A stretch of DNA of 64,000 nucleotides, from positions 62,001 to 126,000 of the forward strand of contig JAAOMT010000483.1 of NCBI GenBank assembly GCA_016748015.1, written 5' to 3'. This stretch comes from Geosiphon pyriformis uo1. Taxonomy: Eukaryota; Fungi; Glomeromycota. Numbering within the stretch: position 1 is the first letter of the stretch; the number at the start of each line of letters is the position of its first letter. The position numbers and the translations under genes were made by a program. Below, piece by piece: positions 28,129 through 40,700 of this stretch. The notes beneath the pieces are model-generated. The model made no database searches. It was not told where the DNA came from and saw only the letters and a list, made by a program, of their open reading frames with translations.

Positions 28129-28615
28129 TATAATAATTTATTATTAATATATTATGTAATTTTAATTATAATTGTCAATATTAAAAATTAATTAAATTAA
28201 AACCATTTCAAAAATAATTTTTTGATTTTTACTTTTACTATTTTATTATTAATGAACTCAAATAATTTTATAAAAAGTTAAATATATTTATTAATCTTAA
28301 ATATTGTTTTATACAAAATTATATTTAAATCAAAGCTTTTATTCAAAATTTTTATTTGTTATTTTAATTTTACTTTATTATTTAATAAGTTTAATTATCA
28401 AACTTATTAAATTTTAATCAATTCTGAAACTTAAAGAATTTTTTATAAAAATGACTATTCTCTTTATTATTATGTCAACAAAAATTATAAATTATTATTT
28501 AATCCAATTCAATATTGGTTATTTAAGTTATTGATTAATAGTTTAAATTTAAAGCTAGATTTTCTATTTTGAAATATATATTTTAATTTTAAATCGTTAT
28601 TATATGATTTTACAC

Positions 28616-28648
<33 letters not shown>

Positions 28649-28828
28649 ATTTTGTGTTACAGATTATTTTGTCAATCCCGTTTTTGGCAAATTAAAACAA
28701 CGTTTGATGCATGTTTAGCGATCAATTGATTTTACAGGTTTATCAAAAATCCAATTTTTCTTCATTATGGGGTTCCTGCACCCCCAATTTATTGCTCGTC
28801 AGTTTCTGCAACACCACAAACTTATTCA

Positions 28829-29791
28829 ATGGCGGCTAACATTCACGAATCCCGTCACCCTCTTATTGCTCATAAGATTTCTATTCTTCGTAACAGGAAT
28901 ACCAAGCCTAAGCAAGTGAGGGATTTATTGCACGAAATCGGGCAGCTGCTGGCCTATGAAGCAACTGCTGATTTGCCGACCAAACAAACGGTCACTGTAG
29001 GTTTATAGAGTCACTTTGAGCACCTTATGTGTGTATATTAAAGCTTTTTAATAAAACTTTTTTCTACTTTTATCCAAAAATTTACAGCAAGAGAGTCCGC
29101 TAAATTCATATATAGCTACTGAATTAGATGGGAAAATAGGTCTCATTCCTATACTCAGGTCGGGTCTTAGTTTCGTCAATGGTTGGTTTCTCCCTAATCA
29201 TAAATGACTCTGTTCTTCCATTTTTTTCTGTTATTTCTAATGACGTTGAAATAGCCTTAGAAAGCCTCATTCCCTCGGCACGAATATTACATCTGGGAAT
29301 ATTTAGAGAAAAGGTATCCCTACAACCCGTAGAATATTACAACAAGCTTCCCGCTGTCCCCAATGTAGATCAAGTAATTGTTCTTGAACCAATGATTGCT
29401 ACGGGAGGTACAGCCGTAGCTGCTGTAGCTATTCTTAAAGACTGGGGGATAAAAAGCAAAATCAAGTTTATCACGGTGTGCGCTTCGCGCCAGGTAACTC
29501 AAAATACATTTTGTAATGCCAAAATTAAGATGAAAATAGTGATTCAGTTAGGTTTTAAGTCAATAAAATTTTTTATACCAGGGTCTTGAGAAACTTCTAG
29601 CGATCCATCCAGATGTCGAGGTATTTGTTGGTGTTGTTGATGGTGGGTTGAATGAACACGGCTATATTGTTCCCGGGCTAGGTTTGTCACCAAATGCTTG
29701 TAAAACTTCTTATTTGCTAGGTTGAAGCTTAAAATTTTTTGAAATTTCAGGGGACGCGGGTGATAGATTATATGACACTTTGCAGGATTAA
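28829..29791 (+). CDS. Uracil phosphoribosyltransferase (upp/urg2-like), multi-exon
   Basis: [35 protein letters not shown]. Confidence 0.93.
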
Positions 29792-30096
29792 CGATATTAC
29801 TAGTTTTCTTTTCAAGTCGGTAAAATTTCATTTAGATATGAGGGTTAGATGTGTTAAATATTATTAGGTTGATTTTCCAAATGCCAATTAAAATAATGTA
29901 ATTTAGTTATATAATTTAATTATAATGAAAATCGGGTCAGTTACAAAACTTGAAAATCTCGGATAAGTAAGACTCGTGGAAACTTTCACATTATTCACCC
30001 TGGAAAAAATCATTCTCTCCATATTAATTTCTTTTGACTAATTTCATTTGAAAAACCAGGAATTAGTTTATAAAAATTGAATATTTCTAAATATAT

Positions 30097-30912
30097 TCAT
30101 TTCCTTCCTTTCCTCCCTTTCTTTTTTGTGACGGAAGCTGAAGAACTTGAAGTATTACTAACAGCTGCGGTACTTGAGGCCGATGAAGCTGCAGTGGTGA
30201 CGGGGCCCCCTCCGCTTCCTCCACCACCATCCTTTAGGGCCCCCGAAAAAACAGCGGGTGAATTTTTCGGTGGAAACTCTTGCTTATTCTTTGCTTGAAT
30301 AGCTGGCATCAAAGCATTTACTCTTTTTATGAGTTCTTTCCCTATAATACCCAATTAAACCGTATGACTTTTATAATTTAGGATTCAAAAAAAAAACATA
30401 CAAATACAAACTCACGTGTCGGAATCAATTGATCAGCGAGTACTTCCCTAATTTTTAAACCAACACGTACTCGTCCGGGATTCTGCCAATCACGAGGATA
30501 AGTCTTTTGAGGCTTTGTAAATAGTGTGTCAGTATTCAGATTGCGGCAAGATAGCAAAAACGGACAATAATTTACCTCATACAATAATGATAGACCTAAC
30601 TCTTTCACCGCTTCTGCGAGGTCCTTTGCAAGGGGATTTGGAACGGCTTGCTCACGAATAACTCTACGTCCTTGTTGGACAGTTTTCGTTGAATCAAAAT
30701 ATGCCGGATATAAACATACCCAACTACGTTGTCATATCCAAGGTTAAAAATTGATTCCTTTCCACTTGGCAATTTCTAAGTCAAACAAAAACTTGAGACC
30801 GTGAATGGTTACGTTACGATTTGTATTGGCTATCGTCTTCTACTGGTATAAAAGACATGGCTGGAAGAACGCTGTTCGGTGGGAGGAGATAATCTGGTGG
30901 ATCTTCATTCAT
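30097..30912 (-). CDS. SEC65: Signal recognition particle subunit SRP19/Sec65; start approximate
   Basis: WVCLYPAYFDS, GRRV, YPRDWQNPGRVRV, basic C-terminal tail. Confidence 0.9.
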
Positions 30913-30981
30913 ATCAACTGTTAACCGTTTTTCGTTTGTACCATTGGATATGATTAAAATTCCTAATGCAAGTATTCCCTC

Positions 30982-31091
30982 TCACGTGCCATCACGCATG
31001 TATTACGGTAATATTAATAAAAAAATTAGCCCACAGATCATTCTAGAGCACGTTTCCGAAAAAGGAGGATCAATTCAGTCATGGCACGTGA
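30982..31091. promoter_or_regulatory. Bidirectional promoter with an inverted pair of E-box (CACGTG) 11-mers
   Basis: TCACGTGCCAT at 30982-30992 and its exact reverse complement ATGGCACGTGA at 31081-31091, between divergent SRP19 and NOP15. Confidence 0.55.
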
Positions 31092-31188
31092 AGTTAAACA
31101 TTTGATTGGTTAATTTATAATCAGTCATTGGGAATTTTAATCGTGCAAAATCTATAGCTCGATTTATCAAGAAAAAAACCTCGATTCA

Positions 31189-32341
31189 ATGTCATTATCC
31201 ACTAATCAAAAAGACGAAAACCTTAATGAAGATACAGAAACCCAGGGACTGGCGGGAGGCTCTCGTGTCAAAATTTTTCGAAGTGGAGCTGAAAGTAGTA
31301 GTGAAGGAGAGGATAGCTCAGACGAACATGATAGTAATCCAGAGGATCCTTTTGCTGGAAACCATCCAGTGATTCCCTTAGATCCCAAGGATAAAAATTT
31401 TAAACGTTTAGAATCTCTCAAAACAAAGGTATAATAACATTTTTTCACGTTTTTGAATTTACACCTGCACACAATCCACATTCTAATTTGATTTTACCCT
31501 CATCAATTTATCTTAAGCAAACGGAATCCAAACGAGGTGTGGTGTACCTCGGCAGAATCCCACATGGCTTTTATGAAGAAGAGATGCGAGCCTACTTTAA
31601 GCAATTTGGAAAAATTACGCATTTAAGATTGTCTCGTAATAAAAAGGTATTTATGAGCTTTCGAAAACTCATTCACCTTTTTTCACATGACTTGATTATT
31701 ATTTACAATTTTCCAATCCTATATGTATATTTCAACCTATCAAAGACTGGCAAGTCAAAGCATTACGCTTTTATTGAATTTGCTTCTGAAGAAGTGGCTC
31801 AAATTGTCGCTGAGACAATGGACAATTATCTTTTATATGAAAGCTTGCTTCAATGTAAGGTCAATTGGTCGAGGGATTCGTCTTGCACAAAAGTTTATTA
31901 TTCTTTTATTTTATTTTCAATTCATTCCAGGCAAACTTGTACCCCAGGATAGGATTCATGAGAATCTATGGATTGGCGCCAACAAAAAATTCGTACCCAC
32001 AAATTATATAAAAAAAGAGGCGGAAAAATATAATAGAAAGAGGACACCCGAGGAGAGGATCCAACAAAATAAGCGACTGATTGGAAAAGATGCGAAAAGG
32101 AGAAAGAGATTACAAGATTTTGGCATTGAATACGATTTTCCGGGCTATGTAAGCTCAATTTAGATGTTCAATAAATATCACGAATACAACTAAATTAAAA
32201 TTGCAAAATCCCCTTTTTCAGAAATTGATACACCGTCGTAATTCCAAGGGTATACACGGTAAACATACAGTTTATGAATCGGGAACTGATTCAGAATCTG
32301 GCTTGCAATCTATATCTGATGCTGAAAGCAATAGATTATAA
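31189..32341 (+). CDS. NOP15: Nucleolar RRM protein Nop15/NIFK (60S biogenesis), multi-exon
   Basis: [50 protein letters not shown]. Confidence 0.92.
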
Positions 32342-32878
32342 AAGTCATTAAAGGAATTAAAGTTCTTAAGTGATCTTGATAAAAAGAAAATATACTAGAG
32401 CTGAAAATTTGATAACATTTAAATTTGAGAACAGGAGTGTTTAAAGATCACAAAAATTTCGGGTTTGTGAATTTTTCTATTACAACTTCTTGAAAATTAG
32501 GACGGATGGATTAAAAAAAATTTATTGTTTTAATTTTCAGCCAGTCAATATTTTTAACGTTGCTTTAATGTGTAATTCATTTATGTGTTTAATTTTAAAA
32601 TTTATTCGTAATGATTTGTGCTAATTTGATAGATAGATTTAAATTTTATTAATTTGCACATGTTTAGCTTTTATTACAATAATTATTTTATTTTCAAGTT
32701 TTTTTTAACAATAATGGTTTATTTTATTTTTTGCTTGTGCGAGTGTGGTCCAATCATTTTCATCTAATTGTAATCTGGATACTCATAAAATTAACCGGAT
32801 TGATTTTAGCGTTCCCTTAAATTTGGACTTGCAAGGAAGTCGTCCACGAAATTATCCTTTTTCTCCACAACTTGTAAA

Positions 32879-34988
32879 ATGGCTGAATCACTCGAAACAA
32901 CGGCTTTGCTCAAGAAAATTCTTGACTCGATAGAAACCTTAAAAGAAGATCAAAATTTATTAGCCACCAGGGTAAACTTTGCATTTTCATGAATAAGGTT
33001 TTTTATTCTGAATTTTTGCTTGCTCAAGCGAAAACGGTAAAATTATCTTTGAGCAATTGGCAGCTTGAGTTTATTTTAAAAGTTCATCCAACGGTCAATT
33101 TTCCTTTTTTTTTCTCTGTTAGCTCGATAAATTTCAAATGGAAAATATCAAAGAATTAAAAAAATTGCAAGATCGCCTGATCCCAACTACCAGCGTAGCA
33201 ACCATTACCACGGTTCTTGATAATAGTAACATCAATGAGGGTATTTCATCTTGAGTAAAGCTTATTACTATTTCTTATCGAAACTGATTCACTTTATTGA
33301 TTAGGTAAAGTCAGCACTACTTTTACTGCTGAGGCAGAATCCTCGCCATCAAAAAAGATGGCTACTTCTTCAACCGAAATTAAAAAATCATCACTATTAT
33401 ACAATGATCGCGTCATCTTAACTAGTAAGTGAGAAAAATGTCTGAAATTAGATATTTGGGTACTGTTAATAAAATTTATATCGAACTTAGCTTACCCTGG
33501 GCAGTTTGGAATAAAGCCCGTTCTTTTGAGGTGGGGTGAATTCAATCCAAATATCCGTGGACCTATACTTGCCTCAAGGCACCCAACAAGTATCAAAGTT
33601 CGGTAAGTTACAAAGATTCATTTAAATTAAAATGATCCTAAATTCAATATTTCAATACACAGAAATGCCATTGGAGCTTATGGAGGATCATACTGTGTCT
33701 ATCGTGCTCTGGCTGTGGCAATGGGTGCTCTTGATCCTAATCATAGACCTGATTTTAAAAATACCGAGCCAACTGTAACAATTGGACCTCATCCGCAATG
33801 GGGAAGCCCAAAAATTGTATCATTTGATCCTTTTGGCCATATAACTACATCTGTATTTCACAAATATCTTGAGGAAGGGTTAGATATTCGTCCGACCATT
33901 GCTATTACTAAGGCCCATATGCAACTGGCAGAAATTGAAAAATCTGTTGAGCAAGGGCGTTTAACAGTGGATGGAACGATTGTTTTAAATAAAACTGGTG
34001 AATTGAGTGTTGTAAAAGCAGCTGTAGAGCCTGTTTGGTATTTACCTGGCGTAGCTGCACGATTTGGAATTAACGAAGGCTTACTTCGTCGTGCATTGTT
34101 TGAGGACACGGGTGGCATGTATCCTGAATTGATTACTCGGCCCGATCTTAAAATCTTCTTGCCCCCAATTGGTGGATTGACTGTGTATATTTTTGGAAAC
34201 CCCGATTATGTATCTGATCCAAATAAAAGGCTCACTGTACGCGTTCATGATGAGTGTAATGGTTCCGATGTTTTCGGCTCAGATATTTGTACATGTCGAC
34301 CTTATTTAATATTTGGCATGGAGGAATGCGTCAAGGAGGCTCAGAATGGGGGGGCTGGGATCATTGTCTATTGTAAGCTAATATATAGTCAAAATTTCTT
34401 GGTTTTACATAAATCATATTTATTGGGTAAGAATGAATCTATGGTAATTAGTTCGAAAAGAAGGTCGCGCGTTGGGAGAGGTAACAAAATATCTTGTTTA
34501 TAACGCTCGGAAACGTTCTGTTGGAGGTGATACGGCAGATAATTATTTTCTGCGTACTGGTATGTATTAGGTGTCTTTTTAAGTTTGAGGAACAAAATAA
34601 AATTGATTGGGCGCGTTTACTTTTACGTTTTAGCATCAATAGAAAAATTTCCCTTTATTATGAATTTAAAATCTTTCTTTTTGCAGAGAACGTTGCCGGT
34701 GTTAAGGATATGCGATTCCAAGCACTGATGCCTGACGTTTTACATTGGCTCGGGATCACAAAGATTGATCGAATGATGTCGATGTCCAACATGAAATATG
34801 ACGCGATAGTTAACTCTGGGATCCCTATCTTGGAACGAGTGCCTATCCCGGATGAATTGATCCCTCCTGACTCACGAGTGGAGATTGATGCAAAAATTGC
34901 TGACGGCTATTTCAGTACCGGAAAGATTCCTACTAAAGAAGAATTAACACAAGTTCGCGGCAGGGTTTGGGATGATATTCAACATTGA
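32879..34988 (+). CDS. URC1: URC1/urg1-type GTP cyclohydrolase II-like protein (uracil catabolism), multi-exon
   Basis: N-terminal domain RNAIGAYGGSY..YRALAVA; RVHDECNGSDVFGSDICTCRPYL; RKEGRALGEVTK; DMRFQALMPD; IDAKIADGY. Confidence 0.88.
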
Positions 34989-35453
34989 CGATTGTTGTGT
35001 TCTGATGCTTATCGGATCCATCTAGCTATAATTAGAGTTATATGAGTTTTCGGCCCAATATTTCTTATACCCCGATTGTGAAAGAGTAAGTTCTTTTTCA
35101 AATTATAGATTTAAGTGAAAAACCTTTGCCATTTTAACTCGTTTTATCTTTGTATAATTAATGTTTACATTATCAATGAACCGCATCTAATTACGATTTG
35201 GAGAAACGTTTACAGATAAACAAAGGATTGTATCGGTAATAGGAAATTTTGCTCAAAAATTGATCAACATTTTATAAAGCACTAATGTTTCAAGAGTTTA
35301 CAGTTATTGTAGGAGATTAAACTACATCAATAAAAAAAATTTACCCTATAGAATTATCGAAAATCTAATTTAATAAAATAGTACAGTAAAAATGTATTGT
35401 ACAATCTTTTTCATAATTTATTATTTGGTTTTTAATCAAATAAGAACAAAGAC

Positions 35454-37412
35454 TCAAGAGGCATTGAAGGCTGAAATTCCAGTGATGGCCCGGCCCAAGA
35501 TAAGACTGTGAATATCATGGGTTCCTGAAAAAAAAATAGGTAAGAAAGCTGGGTCGCATGCATTTAGCTTCGCAAGCATGATGTCACACCTTCATAAGTA
35601 TTTGTTGTGCAGAGGTTCTGTTCGTGCCTGATTATGTGATACTCATCGCTAATCCCATTGCCACCAAGAACGTCTCTCATTGACCGTGCAATTTCCAATG
35701 CTTTTGCACATGAGTTACGTTTGACTAAAGAGATCATTTCGGGGGCTACTTTTCCCTGATCTTTTAATCGACCTACCTGAAGGCAGGCTTGAAGACCAAT
35801 AGCAATCTATTTATTCAAGTTGTCAAACAAACTTAAGAACCTAGCAACATCAAAGGAGAAAATGAAGAAAGTGTTCCCTAACCTCTGAATTAGCATCGGC
35901 AAATTTCTTTTGAATTAACTGAAATCGAGCTAGTGGAACCCCAAATTGTTCCCGATTAAGTGCGTATAAACGTGCTTGTGTCAAACAAAATTCCGCAGCT
36001 CCAAGAACACCCCACGAGATACCAAAACGAGCACTATTCAAACAGCCAAATGGGCCCTATTGATGGGTACATAGAATCAATTTTTTAGAATTAGGAGTAT
36101 GATTAATTGGAAGAAATTTACCTTGAGGCCTTGAACACCAGGAATTAGGTTTTCCTCCGGAACTTCCACATTATCAAGCATGATCATACCGGTAATCGAA
36201 GCACGAAGTGATAACTTACCCTTGATAAGAGGTGCCCAAAGCCCTTTCATTCCCTATAAAGGCAATTAACATATTTAATATTATAATCGAAAATTCTAAG
36301 AGATTAAGATAGAACTTGGAGATTATACCTTTTCTAGTATATATCCACGAATTTTACCGTCCTCTTTTGTCTTAGCCCAGACAATAAAAACATCAGCAAT
36401 AGGAGAATTGGTAATCCAAGTTTTTGCTCCATTAAGAATAAAAACTCCTTTTTCTCTATGTGCAGTTGTTGTCATTCCTGAAGGGTCCGATCCATGATTC
36501 GGTTCAGTTAACCCAAAACAACCAACAAGCTCACCTTTGGCTATTTTATAATGTGATTAGTAAAAATCTTCGAAAAATAGTTTGTATTGAAAAGAAAATA
36601 TTTACCCAACTTTGGCAAATACTTTTCTTTTTGTGCTTCTGTACCATAGACATTGATTGGATGCATGACAAGAGAAGATTGAACGCTCATGGCAGATCGG
36701 TAGCCACTATCTACTCTGAAAAAAATAGGATTATTATCTTTCGAATTAAGGAGATTGGATTAAAAACAAAATCATTTACAAAAATTAACACTAGACCCCG
36801 ACCTTTCTATTTCACGTGCAATGAGACCATAGGCGACAGATGAAATACCCGCACATCCATAGCCTTTGATATTTGCTCCTAATAAGCCAATATTGCCCAT
36901 TTCTTTGAGTATTTCACGATCAAAATCTATAAAAAAAATGAAAAATGTGGTTGCAATTAAAAGTAGAAAGAGCACTTCACACTGCATCCCATGAAGAGGA
37001 CTTCGTCACGTACCTTCATTACGATAAGCCTTAAGGATCCGGGGGAAAAGCTTCTCTTGACAATACTCTCGGGTGGTATCACTGTTGATTAGAAATTAAA
37101 ATTTGGAAGTTTATTGATTAAAATGGGAACCTCTTCTCAATTTCAGTTTCGCTCGCTCACCTAAAAGAAAACTCACCGAATCGCCCTTTCTTCTTCAGTT
37201 AGCTGGGATTCTAGTAGTAAAGGATCTTCCCAATTGTATTTAACTTTTGTAAAAAAAACCAACTCGTTTAATATAGTAGTAAGTATAAAAAATGTGAACT
37301 TTTGTTAATAGGTACTGGAAGCTCCTGAAGCCATTAAACGCCGACATGAGGAAATCCGGGAAAGGAACCCGAGAACAAAAATGGATCTTGGTGAGAAACC
37401 ACGCTTGAACAT
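35454..37412 (-). CDS. GCDH: Glutaryl-CoA dehydrogenase, mitochondrial, multi-exon
   Basis: [65 protein letters not shown]. Confidence 0.92.
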
Positions 37413-37779
37413 CGTTAAATTAAAGTTATCGGTGAAATGTATAAAAATTATTCAAAATAAGCAATTCCTTGATTATCGAGCATCTATTCAGATGATGCAT
37501 TATAAACAGAATTCGGTTTTCCAAATTTTTAAGACATCATTATTACGTTTTTATTGAAATTGTTCCTTCTTTACATCACATGAGATACATGGGCATTAAC
37601 GGACCTTTATGATGTCATGTAGTGAGACCATAAATGGTTACTCAAAGAAAAAGTGACAATTTGTGCCCCTTCTATAATCACTTGGTTTTGAAATTCTATA
37701 TAATAAAATTTTCTCCACCAATATTTATTTTGAAGCTTTTTAATCCTGAACTTATTTAATTTTCGCAGTAGCATCTTCA

Positions 37780-40700
37780 ATGTCGAATATTTTAGACAAT
37801 AATCTGTTAAATGAGCAAAAAAATCAAGTTACCCTTTCCCCTGGTACACAGGCCTTATTGGACGTTCCCAAATCAGGACATAACAGTCCTAGAGAATCAT
37901 CAGAAGACGAAGAAACCTCAAGTAATGTGGAAGAGCGCTCCTGGGACATACTTAACTCCCTTTTAAAAACACTGGGAGAAAATTCGAATGAGAAAGATGG
38001 CAGTCGTGGAATACACAAGGCAGATACTAGAGCAAAGCTTAATAGACGCCGAACAAAAGGGGGGACTCCAATATCTGAGCCGTTGACAGAAGAACAATTA
38101 TCTGCCCCATATGTTGAAGAGAAAAAACCAGAAAAACCAGAATATATAAACCGTCCATGGATAAATGACGATATCAATAGCTCTGAAACTCCTCTAAATG
38201 GAGTTGATGGTAAAGATGCTGTGGAGGAGCAACCCCATGGCTCAACTCCTAAGCACCATTTACGTGACAAATTTAAAAAAGCAATTGCTTTAAACACAGT
38301 AAATCGAGCGTTGGGAAATGCTAATGGTAGAAAGCATTTAAAAGATATTAATACCTATTCAGTGTTAATGCCTGCTTTTCCTAGTCCACTTGCTGTACCA
38401 TATTTGTGGGCATCAAAAGACGCAAAAGGTCGTAGAGCGGTTAGTGTGTTATTTTTTCATCTGGTCTTGTAATGTATCTCTTAGCATTCACTCACAATAT
38501 CAGCTATTTCATTTTTTTCTATCTCCTTTAACGAATATAGCCACCGGTTCTCTTAGATGTATTAAAGGTAGATGAATTAACATGTATATAAGAAAAAATC
38601 TCGTCAAGTTTTTGTCACCAATTTAATTATTTTTAACCTTTACTTAGCTCGCCATTACCGATTCCCATTATGACCCTTCTTTATATAACTTTCAAAGTAT
38701 ATTTCGGATTGAATTGGAATATGGAGATGTTAAATGGGTAATACATAGAACTGGCTATGAGTTTGCTGAGCTCGCTTTTAGCTTAAAATCCCGAGATGAC
38801 TTGCCTGAACTTCCATCTTTTCCTGCTGGCATTGCTCGTTGGTTCCGCAAATTTTGGTCGGGCCATTCCAGTCATCATCAAAGACATACGGAAGCTGCTT
38901 TAGAACGACGAAAAGAACTGGAAAAATATTTACTCAAACTTTTAAAAGTGTTGAACTTTCATGTTTGCTATGATTTATATGAATTTCTCGAACTTAGTGC
39001 AATATCTATTACACGTGATATGGGATGGAAAGGGAAGGAAGGTTACATGTCTACTAAAGTCCAGAGATTGAGAACTCCAATTTGTTCTTTCAGTAATTCA
39101 AGCGAACGCTGGGAAAAGGAATGGGTCCTTATTCGAGACTCGTATCCTTTATTGATTTTATATATATGGATATGGATTCTCTTACGGCAGTCTTCTCTTG
39201 AGAAATGCAACAATGAATGTAGTCCATAACGAAAGAAAAATCGATTTATTTAATTCTATTAGTTATATCGCTTTTTGTTCTGATATCGATTCCCGTACTC
39301 CTGCGGATGTCTTCCTTTTAGATGACAAATTCTCCTGTACAAAAGTCGAAAGCGGAATGAGTATGTTCAAATTGCATGATCATATAAGTGTTCAGAATCA
39401 TTCGCGTCGTATCGAAATCAAGGCTGATATGCGTAAGCTGAACGATTTCATGGAAAGCATCAAAAGGGTGGAACTTGCCTCTCCTTGGGTTAGGCAGCAT
39501 CGATATGATTCATATGCACCCATCAGGGAACATTCTAAAGTAAAATGGTATGTCGATGGTAAAGATTATTTTTATGCCGTATCGGAAGCTATTTTGGCCG
39601 CAAAGACGGAAATTTATATTGAAGATTGGTGGCTTTCGCCTGAACTGGTGCGTTAGATTTACTATTATTTGAACCGTGAGGGACGTCCTTACCTCATAGT
39701 GTACCTTGTTAAGTTACACCTGCAACACTAATGTTCTTTTCTCGGATTTAGTATCTTCGTCGACCACCAACATTAAATAAAGAATACCGCCTGGACTCTT
39801 TGCTCCTAAAAAAAGCCGAAGAAGGTGTCATGATTTATATTGTAGTCTATAAAGAGGTTTCAGTCGCGTTCAGTATGGATTCGCAACACACAAAATTCTA
39901 TTTGAAAAGTCTTCACCCTAATATCCAAGGTTCGAAAATTTTGTATTTTAAGTATAATTTATCAAGCTGCAACATATTTTGAATTTTATGATTTGAATTT
40001 CAGTGCAAAGACATCCTGATCACGGACCTGAAGGGGTCATGCTCTGGACGGTAGGTTTCCATCCTTTTTAATTTGAAATTACTAAATTCATCTACTCAGC
40101 GGCTGATTCACTAATACGATTATTTCTGTTCTTTTAGCACCATGAGGTAAAAATTTACACAACTTAAGATTCCATTTATTCTTTCAAAAACGATAAATTC
40201 GGCAGTTTTTCTAAATTTGTTGGGCATAAAATGATATGGGCGATTTCTATAGAAAATAGTCGTAGTGGATTGCCGAATAGCTTTCATTGGGGGTCTAGAT
40301 CTTTGTTTTGGGAGGTATGACACTCACACCCATCAATTATCAGATTTTCACCCTAATGGAGAACATACTATATGGCCTGGCCAAGATTATTCTAATCCGC
40401 GGGTCAAAGATTTTGACAATGGTAAAACTTTTAATCTTATCTTTGTTAAACAGTGATATTTTCTGTTATAAAAATTGACCCATGGGTTTTTATAGTGGCT
40501 AAATATGAAGAGACTTTGGTTGATAAAACACTCGTACCACGAATGCCATGGCACGATGTCTCGGTTGGCTTGGTATTATGTGATATTTCAACTTTCAAAT
40601 TTCAATTCCCAATTCTCCTTATTTATCACTTTTACGATTGTAGGTTGGGCCTCCTGCACGTGACGTTGCAAGACATTTTGTTCAACGATGGAATTTCATT

